Shown: positions 1-10,301, numbered from the stretch's first letter. The stretch: DNA of 64,000 bases from Candidatus Latescibacterota bacterium (GCA_965237525.1 CBDEFO010000008.1:1472001-1536000); one strand, 5' to 3'. Made by a program: numbers and translations. The notes: generated by a model not told the origin, from the sequence alone.

Positions 1-1172
1 TTCTCTTTCGATCTTTGATTGATCTTGAATGATAGGTTTTCGACAATCTTTGGTTTCTGTTCTTTTTCAAAATGGATGTATAATTGTTCTTCTTTTAGGT
101 TCCATTCAGCCAGGACAAAGTAGTTGGTGTAAGAGGAGGGAAGAGATACTTTCTCATTTAGGACATCGATAAAGGCTTTATCTGTCTGTTCTGTGTCCTG
201 TTTGACTTGTCTGATAAAATAGGTCTTGGGAATGAAATCTTTCTCGTTTGACTTCTCTTGCTTAGGTGGACGGTAGCCGGTGTATCTCTGTGATGAAAGA
301 TTAAACCATTCTAACTTCTGATCAACTTCTTGTAAGCTTTTGAACTGAATTCTGTTCCAGAACTTCCTTGAAAATACAGAATTGTTGCCTTCTATAGATG
401 CTTGAGAAAAGGGCCTTCTGGGAACGGCAAATATCGGAATCACTTGATTTTTCAAGAGAAACTGCATTGCTTTGCTGACATTCCTTTTACCTGAAACACT
501 GCCAATAGTCGCCGAGCAATTGTCCACCTTAACGAAATCTGGTTTTTCAAACCTGTCAAAGAAAGACTGACACTTCTCGATAAAGTTAGTTGCTGTTTGA
601 CCGTCAACCCGCCGAAAATACCTTAACTTAGGCTCTTTCTTAAAGGAAAATCCAACGAAGTTGACCGGCTCAGTTCTGCCGGTAAGATACTTTTTACCAA
701 TAAAGTCTGATTCTAGGACTCTGCCTCCTGAAAGATAGTAAATGGTATACTCTGGATAACAAAGATAACGAGATGCACCCTTGTTTTTACCTTTCTTCCT
801 TCTCTGGGAAAGTCCTAAATCTGAAAGCATTCTGCCGATAGTCGGCAACGACGGAGGAGGGGTGCTAGAATATCGATTCCTCCATTCTTGTTCAATAACA
901 GTGGCTCCTGAATAGAACTGATAAGGATCGTCCTCTAAGCTATGGTAAATCTCTTTGATTCTCTGTTCGTCAACTTTAGCCAATTTTCGCCTTTTTCCTT
1001 TTGGCCAACCCCGATTATCCATGGCAAAATCCTGATCCAGAGATTTAGTCCAAGCCGTAACGAAATCATTGGAAACTCTCGCTTGTTTGATAACTTCTCG
1101 CTTTGACATTTCTTTCTTAAAATACATCTCGTTGACTTCTTGTCTTAATACGGCCAATCTCTCTTTGTCCAT
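1..1172 (-). mobile_element. DDE transposase, IS481-like (rve integrase core); 3' end runs off the window
   Basis: Read by hand and absent from the ORF track. ATG at 1172 follows GGAG, and the frame stays open to position 1. MDKERLAVLRQEVNEMYF...; HTH-like N-terminus; PPPSLPTIGRML; candidate catalytic motifs LESDF, VKVDN, SIEGNN. Confidence 0.7.
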
Positions 1173-1321
1173 AGGACTCCGTAGATTAAAGTTAAGACAA
1201 TCAACTCAACTTAATCTACTAATACTCTAAACAAAGATCAAATTAGTTGCACCGATTTCATTTGATATTCAACCGTTATTCCATTAGTAGTCAATATCAA
1301 TCCTAAACAGGACGTCTCAAA

Positions 1322-2443
1322 ATGACGCATATAATTTCATACGCTGTCCTGACACTGCTGGTCACTTTGAATACGTCTGCCTATGCAGAGGATCTTTTGG
1401 GGTCTCCGACCAGCTATCCTACCGGGGATAGTCCCGAATCTGTTTTCATTGCGGACTTAGATGGAGATAGGGACAATGACTTAGCTGTGGCTAATGGGGG
1501 CAGCAATGATGTATCAGTCTTGTTAAATAATGGAGATGGGACATTTGTGGATAAGGTGAACTATGGTGTTGGGCTTGTTCCCAGTTCAGTATTCAGTGCA
1601 GATTTAGATGGAGATGGAGATAATGACTTGGCTGTGGCTAACTCTCACAGCCATACTGTGTCAGTGTTGTTGAATAATGGCGATGGAACATTTGCACCCA
1701 AGGTGGACTATGTCACTGCCCTGCATCCTTGGTCAGTCTTCATTGCTGATTTAGATTTAGATGGAGCCAACGACTTGGCTGTGGCTAATTTTAACAGCAA
1801 TAATGTATCAGTGTTGTTGAATGAGGGAAATGGTATATTTGCACCTAAAGTGGACTATCCTGCTGGGTCTGGTTCCGCATCAGTTTTCTGTGGAGATTTG
1901 GATGGAGATGGAGACAAGGACTTGGCTGTGGCTAACTCTAACAGCAATAATGTCTCAGTGTTGTTGAATAACGGGAACGGTACATTTGCACCTAAAGTGG
2001 ACTATTATACTGTTGGTCCCTATTCAGTATTCAGTGTGGATCTAGATGGGGACGGAGATAAAGATATGGCTGTGGCTAATAGGGGTGGTAATAATGTCTC
2101 AGTGTTGTTGAATAACGGGACTGGTACATTTGCACCTAAAGTGGACTATGCTGTTCGGGTTGATCCCTATTCAGTATTCAGTGCAGATTTAGATGGAGAT
2201 GGTGACAATGATCTGGCTGTCGCTAATCTTAACAGCCCTGATGTTGTGTCTATATTGTTGAACAACGGAGATGGAATATTCGCACCCAAGGTGGACTATA
2301 CCGCTGGGGATGGCCCCATATCAGTATTCAGTGCAGATTTAGATGGAGATGGAGATAATGACTTGGCTGTGGCTAATTATTGGAGCGATAATGTATCAGT
2401 GTTGATCAATCTGTCCACTACCCCCGCTACCATGAATGAGTAG
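1322..2443 (+). CDS. Secreted FG-GAP/VCBS-repeat beta-propeller protein (7 repeats), C-terminal domain lost
   Basis: Signal peptide ending AYA; seven DLDGDGDNDLAVAN-type Ca-binding repeats, most followed by VSVLLNNGDGTF. Confidence 0.9.
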   Translation: MTHIISYAVLTLLVTLNTSAYAEDLLGSPTSYPTGDSPESVFIADLDGDRDNDLAVANGGSNDVSVLLNNGDGTFVDKVNYGVGLVPSSVFSADLDGDGDNDLAVANSHSHTVSVLLNNGDGTFAPKVDYVTALHPWSVFIADLDLDGANDLAVANFNSNNVSVLLNEGNGIFAPKVDYPAGSGSASVFCGDLDGDGDKDLAVANSNSNNVSVLLNNGNGTFAPKVDYYTVGPYSVFSVDLDGDGDKDMAVANRGGNNVSVLLNNGTGTFAPKVDYAVRVDPYSVFSADLDGDGDNDLAVANLNSPDVVSILLNNGDGIFAPKVDYTAGDGPISVFSADLDGDGDNDLAVANYWSDNVSVLINLSTTPATMNE

Positions 2444-2458
2444 GCATAACTATCATCA

Positions 2459-2598
2459 GAAGTTCCTGAGACTTACGTTCTTCTCTAGCCCGGCATGGCA
2501 AAGATGACAAGAATAAGAGCCTTGCCAGCGGAGTCTATTTCTATCGGTTGGAGACGGGTGGATTTGTGAAGACGAGGAAGCTGTTATTGTTGCGGTGA
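2459..2598 (+). pseudogene. Relic of a FlgD-Ig/T9SS-type-A-like C-terminal domain
   Basis: Fragments EVPETYVLL* (2459-2488) and GKDDKNKSLASGVYFYRLETGGFVKTRKLLLLR* (2497-2598), the typical ending of these domains. Confidence 0.75.
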
Positions 2599-2623
2599 AC
2601 CCTGTAATGAAGGAGGTTTAACC

Positions 2624-3919
2624 ATGTTCAAGATACGCTTTGGCATAGCGTTCTGGCTGTTAGTTGCCTTGAATGCGCCTGCCTGTGCGCAGGATCTTTT
2701 CGGACCCCCGACTGACTATCCTGCTGGCATTAGTTCCCAAGCAGTTTTCAGTGCAGATTTAGATGGCGATGGGGATAATGACTTAGCTGTGGCTAATTTA
2801 ACCAGCAATGATGTATCAGTGTCGAGGAATAATGGACATGGTACATTTACAGGCATGCTAGACACAGTGAACTATGGTGTTGGTGGATTTCCCACATCGG
2901 TATTCATAGCAGATTTAGATGGCGATGGGGATAATGACTTAGCTGTGGCTAATTTAACCAGCAATGATGTATCAGTGTCGAGGAATAATGGACATGGTAC
3001 ATTTACAGGCATGCTAGACACAGTGAACTATGGTGTTGGTGGATTTCCCACATCGGTATTCATAGCAGATGTAGATGGCGATGGGGATAATGACTTAGCT
3101 GTGGCTAATATGCGCAGCAATACTGTGTCAGTCTTGTCGAATAATGGAGATGGCACATTTGCACCTAAGACGGACTATGAAGCTGGGGATGGTCCAACAT
3201 CAGTATTCATTGCAGATTTAGATGGCGATGGATACAACGACTTAACTGTGTCTGGTGGGAGCATTCTCAGTAAGGTATCAGTGTTGATGAATAATGGAGA
3301 CGGTACATTTGCACCTAAAGTGGCCTACGACGCCAGGGGTGAGGTCTTCATTGCAGACTTAGATGGGGACGGAGATAATGACCTGGTTACGTCTGCTGTA
3401 TCAGTGTTCATGAATAATGGGGATGGAACATTTGCACCTAAAGTGGACTTTGCCGATGTGGGTGGTCCACTTTTCATTGCGGATTTAGATGGAGATGGAG
3501 ATAATGACCTGGCTGTGGCTACTGGGGATGCTTTAGCAGTGTTGTTGAATCATGGAGATGGTACATTTGCAGACGAGGTAGCCTATGAAGCTGGAGAGTT
3601 TCCCAGCTCTGGTGTTGCCACATCAGTATTCAGTGCAGATTTAGATGGTGATGGCGATAATGACCTGGCTGTGGCTAATAGCTATGGCGTCTCAGTATTG
3701 TTGAATCTCTCTGATATACCCGTTGTCGTCCCTGGCCTTGTAGGAGATTTCGGCGGGAACGATGAAGTAGGTCTTTCAGATTTTGTCCTTTTCTTGGATG
3801 CATTCGGGACAACCACCAGTTCAGCTGATTGGGAACCCACATTTGATCTGGATGGTAACGAAGAGATTGGTCTGTCCGACTTTGTGATCTTTCTGGATAA
3901 CTTCGGCAGGTCAGAATAG
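2624..3919 (+). CDS. Secreted FG-GAP/VCBS-repeat protein (7 repeats) with a C-terminal paired EF-hand/dockerin-like domain
   Basis: RBS AGGAGG; signal peptide; seven DLDGDGDND-type repeats; tail GDFGGNDEVGLSDFVLFLDAFG...FDLDGNEEIGLSDFVIFLDNFG. Confidence 0.9.
   Translation: MFKIRFGIAFWLLVALNAPACAQDLFGPPTDYPAGISSQAVFSADLDGDGDNDLAVANLTSNDVSVSRNNGHGTFTGMLDTVNYGVGGFPTSVFIADLDGDGDNDLAVANLTSNDVSVSRNNGHGTFTGMLDTVNYGVGGFPTSVFIADVDGDGDNDLAVANMRSNTVSVLSNNGDGTFAPKTDYEAGDGPTSVFIADLDGDGYNDLTVSGGSILSKVSVLMNNGDGTFAPKVAYDARGEVFIADLDGDGDNDLVTSAVSVFMNNGDGTFAPKVDFADVGGPLFIADLDGDGDNDLAVATGDALAVLLNHGDGTFADEVAYEAGEFPSSGVATSVFSADLDGDGDNDLAVANSYGVSVLLNLSDIPVVVPGLVGDFGGNDEVGLSDFVLFLDAFGTTTSSADWEPTFDLDGNEEIGLSDFVIFLDNFGRSE
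2753..3064 (+). repeat. Exact 156-bp tandem duplication inside the FG-GAP gene
   Basis: Units start at 2753 and 2909 (gcagatttagatggcgatgggg...); a third partial unit starts at 3065. Confidence 0.9.
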
Positions 3920-4048
3920 TTTTGGTCAGAGGTGAATGGATTTGTACAGACAAGGAAGATGATATTGATGAGATAGGATAGTTAAGATCAATAACTGCCG
4001 ATCGGATAGGGGGAACCATCAAGCCAGAGACCCAATATGAGCACCGAC

Positions 4049-4073
4049 TGGGGCGAGTGGACCTCGCCCCTAC
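4049..4073. repeat. REP-like palindrome GGGGCGAG-N-CTCGCCCCTAC flanking the RAYT gene
   Basis: ggggcgagtggacctcgcccctac; relatives at about 4392 (inside RAYT), 4745-4758, 43941-43967 and 43984-44009. Confidence 0.75.
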
Positions 4074-4117
4074 GAATACGTACAGTACTGTAGACAAATA
4101 GAATAGCACACGAAAAA

Positions 4118-4648
4118 ATGAAATACGATCCGGAGAAACACCACCGCGGGTCTATACGATTAAGAGGATATGATTATTCGCAGCAAGGGGCATATTTTGT
4201 AACAATATGCGCACAAAACGGGGAATGTCTGTTTGGCGAGGTAGTAGATGGAAAAATGCAATTGAACGAATGTGGGAACATCGTGCAGGAATTTTGGAAT
4301 AGAATCACCATGCGTTTTTCGAATGTCAGAGTCGACGTTCATATTGTGATGCCGAATCATATACACGGTATTATAGTAATAGCCGATAAATGTAGGGGCG
4401 GGGTTAGCCCGCCCCAGAAGAAACGCACGTTGGGACAGATCGTTGCGTATTTTAAATATCAATCAACCAAAGAGATTCTCAATACGCCGCAGTGTGGATG
4501 TTCGACCGGAACAACTATTTGGCAACGCAATTACTACGAACATATTATACGGAATCAAGAGGATTTAAACCAAATCAGGCAATACATAATGAAGAATCCC
4601 CTAAAATGGGAACTGGATAGCGAGAATCCACAGAACGTAAACATATAG
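4118..4648 (+). CDS. REP-associated tyrosine transposase (RAYT, Y1/IS200-like HUH)
   Basis: RGSIRLRGYDYSQQGAYFVTIC; HUH motif VMPNHIHGII; WQRNYYEHIIRN...RQYIMKNP with the catalytic Tyr. Confidence 0.9.
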   Translation: MKYDPEKHHRGSIRLRGYDYSQQGAYFVTICAQNGECLFGEVVDGKMQLNECGNIVQEFWNRITMRFSNVRVDVHIVMPNHIHGIIVIADKCRGGVSPPQKKRTLGQIVAYFKYQSTKEILNTPQCGCSTGTTIWQRNYYEHIIRNQEDLNQIRQYIMKNPLKWELDSENPQNVNI

Positions 4649-4716
4649 AGGCCGTGCAACCCAGCTCTCTGGGGCGACGTGCCGTGGGCGCTTTCCTGGG
4701 AAGCGGAAGCAGCAAA

Positions 4717-4739
4717 CCCCCGATTGAATCTATCGGGGG
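4717..4739. repeat. 21-bp palindromic element CCCCGAT-N7-ATCGGGG (first of nine copies)
   Basis: Copies at 4717, 6117, 7417, 7557, 20563, 29320, 39770, 41616 and 53243, all intergenic. Confidence 0.9.
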
Positions 4740-4783
4740 GAAGTGCCCTCGCCCCTACAATGCGGAGAGGTAAATAGATTCTT

Positions 4784-6034
4784 ATGCCAAAAAGGGAAGA
4801 CATACTCGTAATCGGCGGCGGCGTCATAGGCGTCTGCTCGGCCTACTATCTAATACAGAAGGGCATGCAGGTTACGATCCTGGACAAAGGCGAAATCTGC
4901 TCGGGCTGTTCTTACGGCAACGCCGGGCTTTTAGTCCCCAGCCACAGCGTTCCGCTTCCCGCGCCGGGCGTATTGTCCAAGGGACTCAAGTGGATGTTCG
5001 ACAGCCAGAGCCCGTTCTATATCAAGCCGCGCCTTGACCTTGAACTCTACTCGTGGCTCTGGAAGTTTCGGGGGTTCTGCAGCCAAAAGGCGATGCGAAA
5101 GACCATGCCGATCATCGGTGAAATGAGTCTGGCCAGCCTCGAACTCTACGCAGAATTGGCCGCAATTGACGGGTTGGAATTCGGCTTTACACGAGACGGC
5201 GTGCTGATGGTCTACAGTACAGAGAACGGTTACGAAGAGGGGATCGAGGAGGCCCATCTACTGCAGGATATCGGACTCAAGGCAGAGCTGCTGGACGGAG
5301 AGGAGGTTCTCAAGATGCAGCCCTGTCTCCTTCCCGGCGTCGGCGGCGGGGTCTTCTTTGAACAGGACGCTCATCTCATCCCCGCTGAGTTTGTTCGGGG
5401 TCTTGCCCGGGTCGTCCAGGAGGCAGGCGGCATCGTCAAGACGTCAACCGAGGTGTTGGGGTTTGAAACTTCCGGCAGCAGGATTTCGACTGTCAAGACG
5501 ACCCGCGGCGACTTCCAGCCGGATCAGGTAGTCCTGGCCGGAGGCTCGTGGTCGCCCGTCCTTGCAAGAGATCTTGATCTGAAACTGCCCATTCAGGCCG
5601 CCAAGGGTTACAGCATAACTGTGGTACGCCCGGAGACGTGTCCAACAATCCCGCTTCTTATGGGCGAGGCCAGGGTGGGAATTACTCCCATGGGCCAGAC
5701 GCTGCGCTTTGCAGGGACGCTTGAATTGGCTGGCCTCGACCTTTCGATCAATCGGCGACGGGTGGAGGCCATCATGCGCGCTGTCCCCAGGTACATCTCC
5801 GGTACAGAAGAGCTGGAGATCATCGAAATCTGGCGTGGTCTGCGTCCGTGTACCCCCGACGGTCTGCCGATTATAGGACGCACCGAGTCGTTCGAAAATC
5901 TGACTATCGCAGCAGGACACGCCATGATAGGCGTATCGCTGGGTCCTATTACGGGAAAGATGGTCTCCCAGATCGTGTTAGCTGAGACCCCTGCAATAGA
6001 TCTGACCCCATTCAAAGCTGAAAGATTCAATTAA
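4784..6034 (+). CDS. FAD-dependent D-amino acid dehydrogenase/oxidase (DadA-like)
   Basis: VIGGGVIG Rossmann motif; SYGNAG; WRGLRPCTPDGLPIIG; GHAMIG. Confidence 0.9.
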   Translation: MPKREDILVIGGGVIGVCSAYYLIQKGMQVTILDKGEICSGCSYGNAGLLVPSHSVPLPAPGVLSKGLKWMFDSQSPFYIKPRLDLELYSWLWKFRGFCSQKAMRKTMPIIGEMSLASLELYAELAAIDGLEFGFTRDGVLMVYSTENGYEEGIEEAHLLQDIGLKAELLDGEEVLKMQPCLLPGVGGGVFFEQDAHLIPAEFVRGLARVVQEAGGIVKTSTEVLGFETSGSRISTVKTTRGDFQPDQVVLAGGSWSPVLARDLDLKLPIQAAKGYSITVVRPETCPTIPLLMGEARVGITPMGQTLRFAGTLELAGLDLSINRRRVEAIMRAVPRYISGTEELEIIEIWRGLRPCTPDGLPIIGRTESFENLTIAAGHAMIGVSLGPITGKMVSQIVLAETPAIDLTPFKAERFN

Positions 6035-6190
6035 GTATCCTGAGAAGCCTAATAGGGAAGGAGCAGACAGCCAACTCTTAAGATTGCTCTGTGGGCCTTG
6101 TCCACTTCGCGGCTTGCCCCCGATTGAATCTATCGGGGGGGTCGGGGGCTGGTCTTCTTCACAGTAGAAGGTTAAAAGAAAGGTTAAACT

Positions 6191-7123
6191 ATGAACACGA
6201 CAGATAAGGTTCTTGCCAGGGATATAAAAAGCCCATCGGGGCCGATGCCGAGGAGGCCCTATGGGAATACAGGAGAGCATTTATCCTTAATAGGTATGGG
6301 CGGGATAGTTGTGATGAATGCGGAGCAGGAACACGCCGATCGGGTAGTCAGGGAGGCCTACGAGCGCGGGATAAATTATTTTGACGTTGCCCCTGCTTAC
6401 GGCAATGCTGAGGAGAAGCTGGGGCCAGCGCTGGAGCCTTTTCGGAAGGAGTGCTTTCTTGCCTGCAAGAGCACAGCGCGGAAAGGTGACAAGCTGCTGG
6501 AGGATTTTCACAGGTCACTGAAGCGGCTTCGCACCGATTACTTTGATCTCTACCAGCTCCATGGCCTTACAACGAAGGAGGACATCGAAGTTGCGTTTGG
6601 ACCCGGCGGTGCGGTAGAGACGGTGGATAAACTGAAGCAGGAAGGCAAGATTCGGTTCCTTGGCTTCTCCACACATTCAATCGAGGCAGGGATGGCGGCG
6701 CTCAAATACTATGATTTTAATTCGGTGCTTATGCCGGTGAATTTTGTTACGTATTACAACGGCAACTTTGGAGAGCAGCTCATCGATTATGCAAAGAGCA
6801 AAGGCACTGCGGTGCTTGCGTTGAAATCAATGGCAAAAACTGAATGGGACAATGGTGAAACAAGGAACTGGGAAAAACCCTGGTACAAGCCTCTGGATAC
6901 TGAAGAAGAAGCCTATGAGGCATTGCGGTTCACCTTTTCCCAGCCGGTGACGGCTGCTATCCCACCGGGTGAGGAGGAACTCTTCCGCATGGCGCTGGAC
7001 CTGGCGCCCAAGTTCATCCCTCTCTCAGAAGATGAAGAGCACTCCCTCAGACAGAAAGCAAAAACTCTCGTCCCTATCTTCCACTACCCTTCGGAGGCGT
7101 TTAGGTTGAAAGCGAAGGCGTAA
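6191..7123 (+). CDS. Aldo/keto reductase (copy 1)
   Basis: GINYFDVAPAYG; SLKRLRTDYFDLYQLH; GKIRFLGFS. Confidence 0.9.
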   Translation: MNTTDKVLARDIKSPSGPMPRRPYGNTGEHLSLIGMGGIVVMNAEQEHADRVVREAYERGINYFDVAPAYGNAEEKLGPALEPFRKECFLACKSTARKGDKLLEDFHRSLKRLRTDYFDLYQLHGLTTKEDIEVAFGPGGAVETVDKLKQEGKIRFLGFSTHSIEAGMAALKYYDFNSVLMPVNFVTYYNGNFGEQLIDYAKSKGTAVLALKSMAKTEWDNGETRNWEKPWYKPLDTEEEAYEALRFTFSQPVTAAIPPGEEELFRMALDLAPKFIPLSEDEEHSLRQKAKTLVPIFHYPSEAFRLKAKA

Positions 7124-7299
7124 GCGGAGATGATGGAGTTTTTTCCAAACGAGTTGTGGCGAACTGTCTCGCCAGATCTGCATGGGAGGGGAGCCTATCA
7201 CACGAGACCTTGAGCACAGGATCGACACTCAAATTATTAGTAGCTTCATAACTACATATAATAGGCACAGTATAGTTATCCTGTTTAACCACCTTCGGT

Positions 7300-7460
7300 G
7301 TCATTGCGAGCCGAAGGCGAAGCAATCCCCCCGAAAGGTTGAATCGGGGGTTACTGTGGTAGATGTAATATTCTCCGGCTCTCATAGGAGACCACTATAA
7401 AACCTTGAGATTGCTTCCCCGATAGACTCAATCGGGGACCGCTTTGCTCCTCGCAATGAC
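7300..7460. repeat. Composite inverted repeat GTCATTGCGAG...GAAGCAATC / GATTGCTTC...CTCGCAATGAC
   Basis: Arms at 7300-7327 and 7407-7460; degenerate relatives at about 20537-20601, 20644-20677 and 39765-39925. Confidence 0.75.
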
Positions 7461-7628
7461 TCCACCAAGTTTATGAATTAATCGGGTAAAGTATCTAGAG
7501 AAGCCTAATAGGGAAGGAGCAGACAGCCAACTCTTAAGATTGCTGTGGGGGCCTTGCCCCCGATAGACTCAATCGGGGGTTGGGGGCTGGTCGTCTTCAC
7601 AGCAGAAGCTTAAAAGAAAGGTTAAACT

Positions 7629-8561
7629 ATGAACACGACAGATAAGGTTCTTGCCAGGGACATAAAAAGCCCATCGGGGCCGATGCCGAAGAGGCCCTAT
7701 GGGAATACGGGAGAGCATTTATCCGTAATAGGCATGGGCGGGCATGTAGTGATGAATTCGGAGCAGGAACACGCCAATCAGGTAGTCAGGGAGGCCTACG
7801 AGCGGGGGATAAATTATTTTGACGTCGCCCCTGCTTACGGCAATGCTGAAGAAAAGCTGGGGCCAGCGCTGGAGCCTTTTCGGAAGGAGTGCTTTCTGGC
7901 CTGCAAGAGCGTAGGGCGGAAAGGTGATAAGCTGCTGGAGGATTTTCACAGGTCACTTAAGCGGCTTCGGACCGATTACTTTGATCTCTACCAACTCCAT
8001 TGTCTTGCATCGAAGGAGCACATCGAAGTTGCGTTTGGACCCGGAGGTGCGGTAGAGGCTGTGGATAAACTGAAGCAGGAAGGCAAGATTCGGTTCCTTG
8101 GCTTCTCCGCACATTCAATCGAGGCAGGGATGGAGGCGCTTAAATACTATGATTTTAATTCGGTGCTTATGCCGGTGAATTTTGTGGCGTACTACAACGG
8201 CAACTTTGGAGAGCAGCTCATTAGTTATGCAAAGAGCAAAGGCGCTGCGGTGCTTGCGTTGAAATCAATGGCAAAAACTGAATGGGACAATGGTGAAACA
8301 AGGAACTGGGAAAAACCCTGGTACAAGCCTCTGGATACTGAAGAAGAAGCCTATGAGGCATTGCGGTTCACGCTTTCCCAGCCGGTGACGGCTGCTATCC
8401 CACCGGGTGAGGAGGAACTCTTCCGCATGGCACTGGACCTGGCGCCGAAATTCATCCCTCTCTCAGAAGACGAACAGCACTCCCTCAGACAGAAAGCAAA
8501 AAATATCACGCCTATCTTTCGCTACCCATCGGAGGGATTTGAGTTGAAAGGGAAGGCATGA
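7629..8561 (+). CDS. Aldo/keto reductase (copy 2, tandem paralogue)
   Basis: Same length (310 aa) and nearly identical to 6191..7123; the upstream ~140 bp is also duplicated. Confidence 0.9.
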   Translation: MNTTDKVLARDIKSPSGPMPKRPYGNTGEHLSVIGMGGHVVMNSEQEHANQVVREAYERGINYFDVAPAYGNAEEKLGPALEPFRKECFLACKSVGRKGDKLLEDFHRSLKRLRTDYFDLYQLHCLASKEHIEVAFGPGGAVEAVDKLKQEGKIRFLGFSAHSIEAGMEALKYYDFNSVLMPVNFVAYYNGNFGEQLISYAKSKGAAVLALKSMAKTEWDNGETRNWEKPWYKPLDTEEEAYEALRFTLSQPVTAAIPPGEEELFRMALDLAPKFIPLSEDEQHSLRQKAKNITPIFRYPSEGFELKGKA

Positions 8562-8754
8562 ACATTGTGAACACTTTTGGGCAAGATACCGGGCTTGAGG
8601 ACTCTGACCTGCTACCGGACATCAGAGCAATCTTACCCTGGAGAGTTTACGGAAAATTGCTTTTTTTGATTTAGAAAAAGTACTTTTTGAAAAATGTAAA
8701 AGTGGTAATATTGATTCACAAAAAAGATTGTATCGAAATATAATCCCTCATTAA

Positions 8755-10273
8755 AAGCCTTGTGAAATAGTTATGTCCCAGGCAGCGTCTGAAGCGCCGA
8801 TTATGGGTCAAAGAGTAGCATATCGTATCGTTTTGCTGTGGAATAAGCAAAATAGTCTTATCAGAGTTCTGGTCAGCAAGGAACAGGAGCTGTTTGAAGA
8901 ACAGGGTGCACTGTCTTTGACAGACAGGGCACACATAGACGCTTTCCCCCTTCTTATGAAAGATACAAGCCTCTTGAGATTCTGTACTGTTGCAACAAGA
9001 TTCAACTGTTCATTCAGTGAGGCTGGTCCTCTGTAACGGGCTCGTCCCATACCGTGTTGTTGCCTGGCTTCAGCAAAGATATGTTCACTGCGTTTACGGA
9101 GTCTCCGGGAGAGTTTGTAGTCAGCTGTTAATGAGATAGACCGTGCATGATTTCTGGCTTTCGCCTCTCGCACTTTTCTATCCCGTTCGGCCTGAATATG
9201 TGCTGAATTTGTCTTGTTTTTCCATGTAGGAATCGGTTCAATCTTCTCATCGGCTCGCAGAGGAATATGGGGTATGATTCCCCGGTCAAGTACATCAGCG
9301 ATAAAATTACCAGAACCGTAACCGGTATCGGCACTAAGTGTCTGAATGTCTTTGGGCATGGTGTATGTTTCAAGGTCATCTACCATCTTAAGGGCACTTT
9401 CGGGCTCTGCTGTCCCTGTCGCCTGCGTGCCCTGAGTCTCAAGGATTACTCTGCTTTTTGTGTCGATCAGATCATGGCCCATAAACGAGAGAAAAGCCCC
9501 TTTGCCCTTCGATTTGCTGTATAAGCGCGCGTCGGGGTCTGTAGTCGAACGGTGTGTTTGGTTCGTCCACTTTTCACCATGAAAGTCTTTATCCTGAGGA
9601 TGCCCGGACCTACCCTTTGTCTTATCACCTTCAAAACCGATTCCCTTGAGATAATCATCAAGAGAAACAGGGGGTTCTATCGGCTCAATACTTTTCACTG
9701 AAGCATCAGCTTGTATCTGAGTGCCGTCGACACTAAGGTGTTTACCGCTCACAAGACCGACATCTATGCAACACTGGACTACCTGACGCATTATCCGTTC
9801 AAACAACCCACTGGATGCCCACTTGTGATTGCGAAGCTTGTTGATCGTGCTCCTATCCGGAACCGCATCATCAAATGTCTGATGACAAAACAACCGATAT
9901 GCCGCATGCATCCCCACTTCCTGACAGAGCCGATTCTCACTCAAATTATACAGATAGCCAATAAGGATCATTCGAACAACTAATTCAGGATCAATACCGG
10001 GTCTGCCATTGTCAGGGCAATAACAATCTGATACAACGTCTCGTACAAATGAAAAATCAACTGCCTCATCAATCTGACGAAGGATATGATCCTCGGGAAC
10101 TAAATCCTCCATCTGAAAATAGTGAAACATCGGATTTGTCTGTTCCTGCTTTTGTGGGGTCATTGTTTCCTCCATGTATAATATTATCAATAACATAATA
10201 TAATACATCGGAGCTGCTTTATCAATGCTTGTTCTATACTACTTTCTGAATCTAAGGGTTTTTCACAAGGCTT
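8755..10273 (-). mobile_element. IS1182-family insertion sequence, copy 1 (1519 bp; transposase 8808..10208)
   Basis: Terminal IRs AAGCCTTGTGAAA / TTTCACAAGGCTT; flanks TTAA and TTAG. Protein has LVPEDHILR, GRPGIDP (DUF772-like), VDGT, TTDPDARL, ADTGY and RSEHIFAE. Confidence 0.9.
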
Positions 10274-10301
10274 TTAGTGTCTTATGCTCTTAAACTTTTG
10301 C

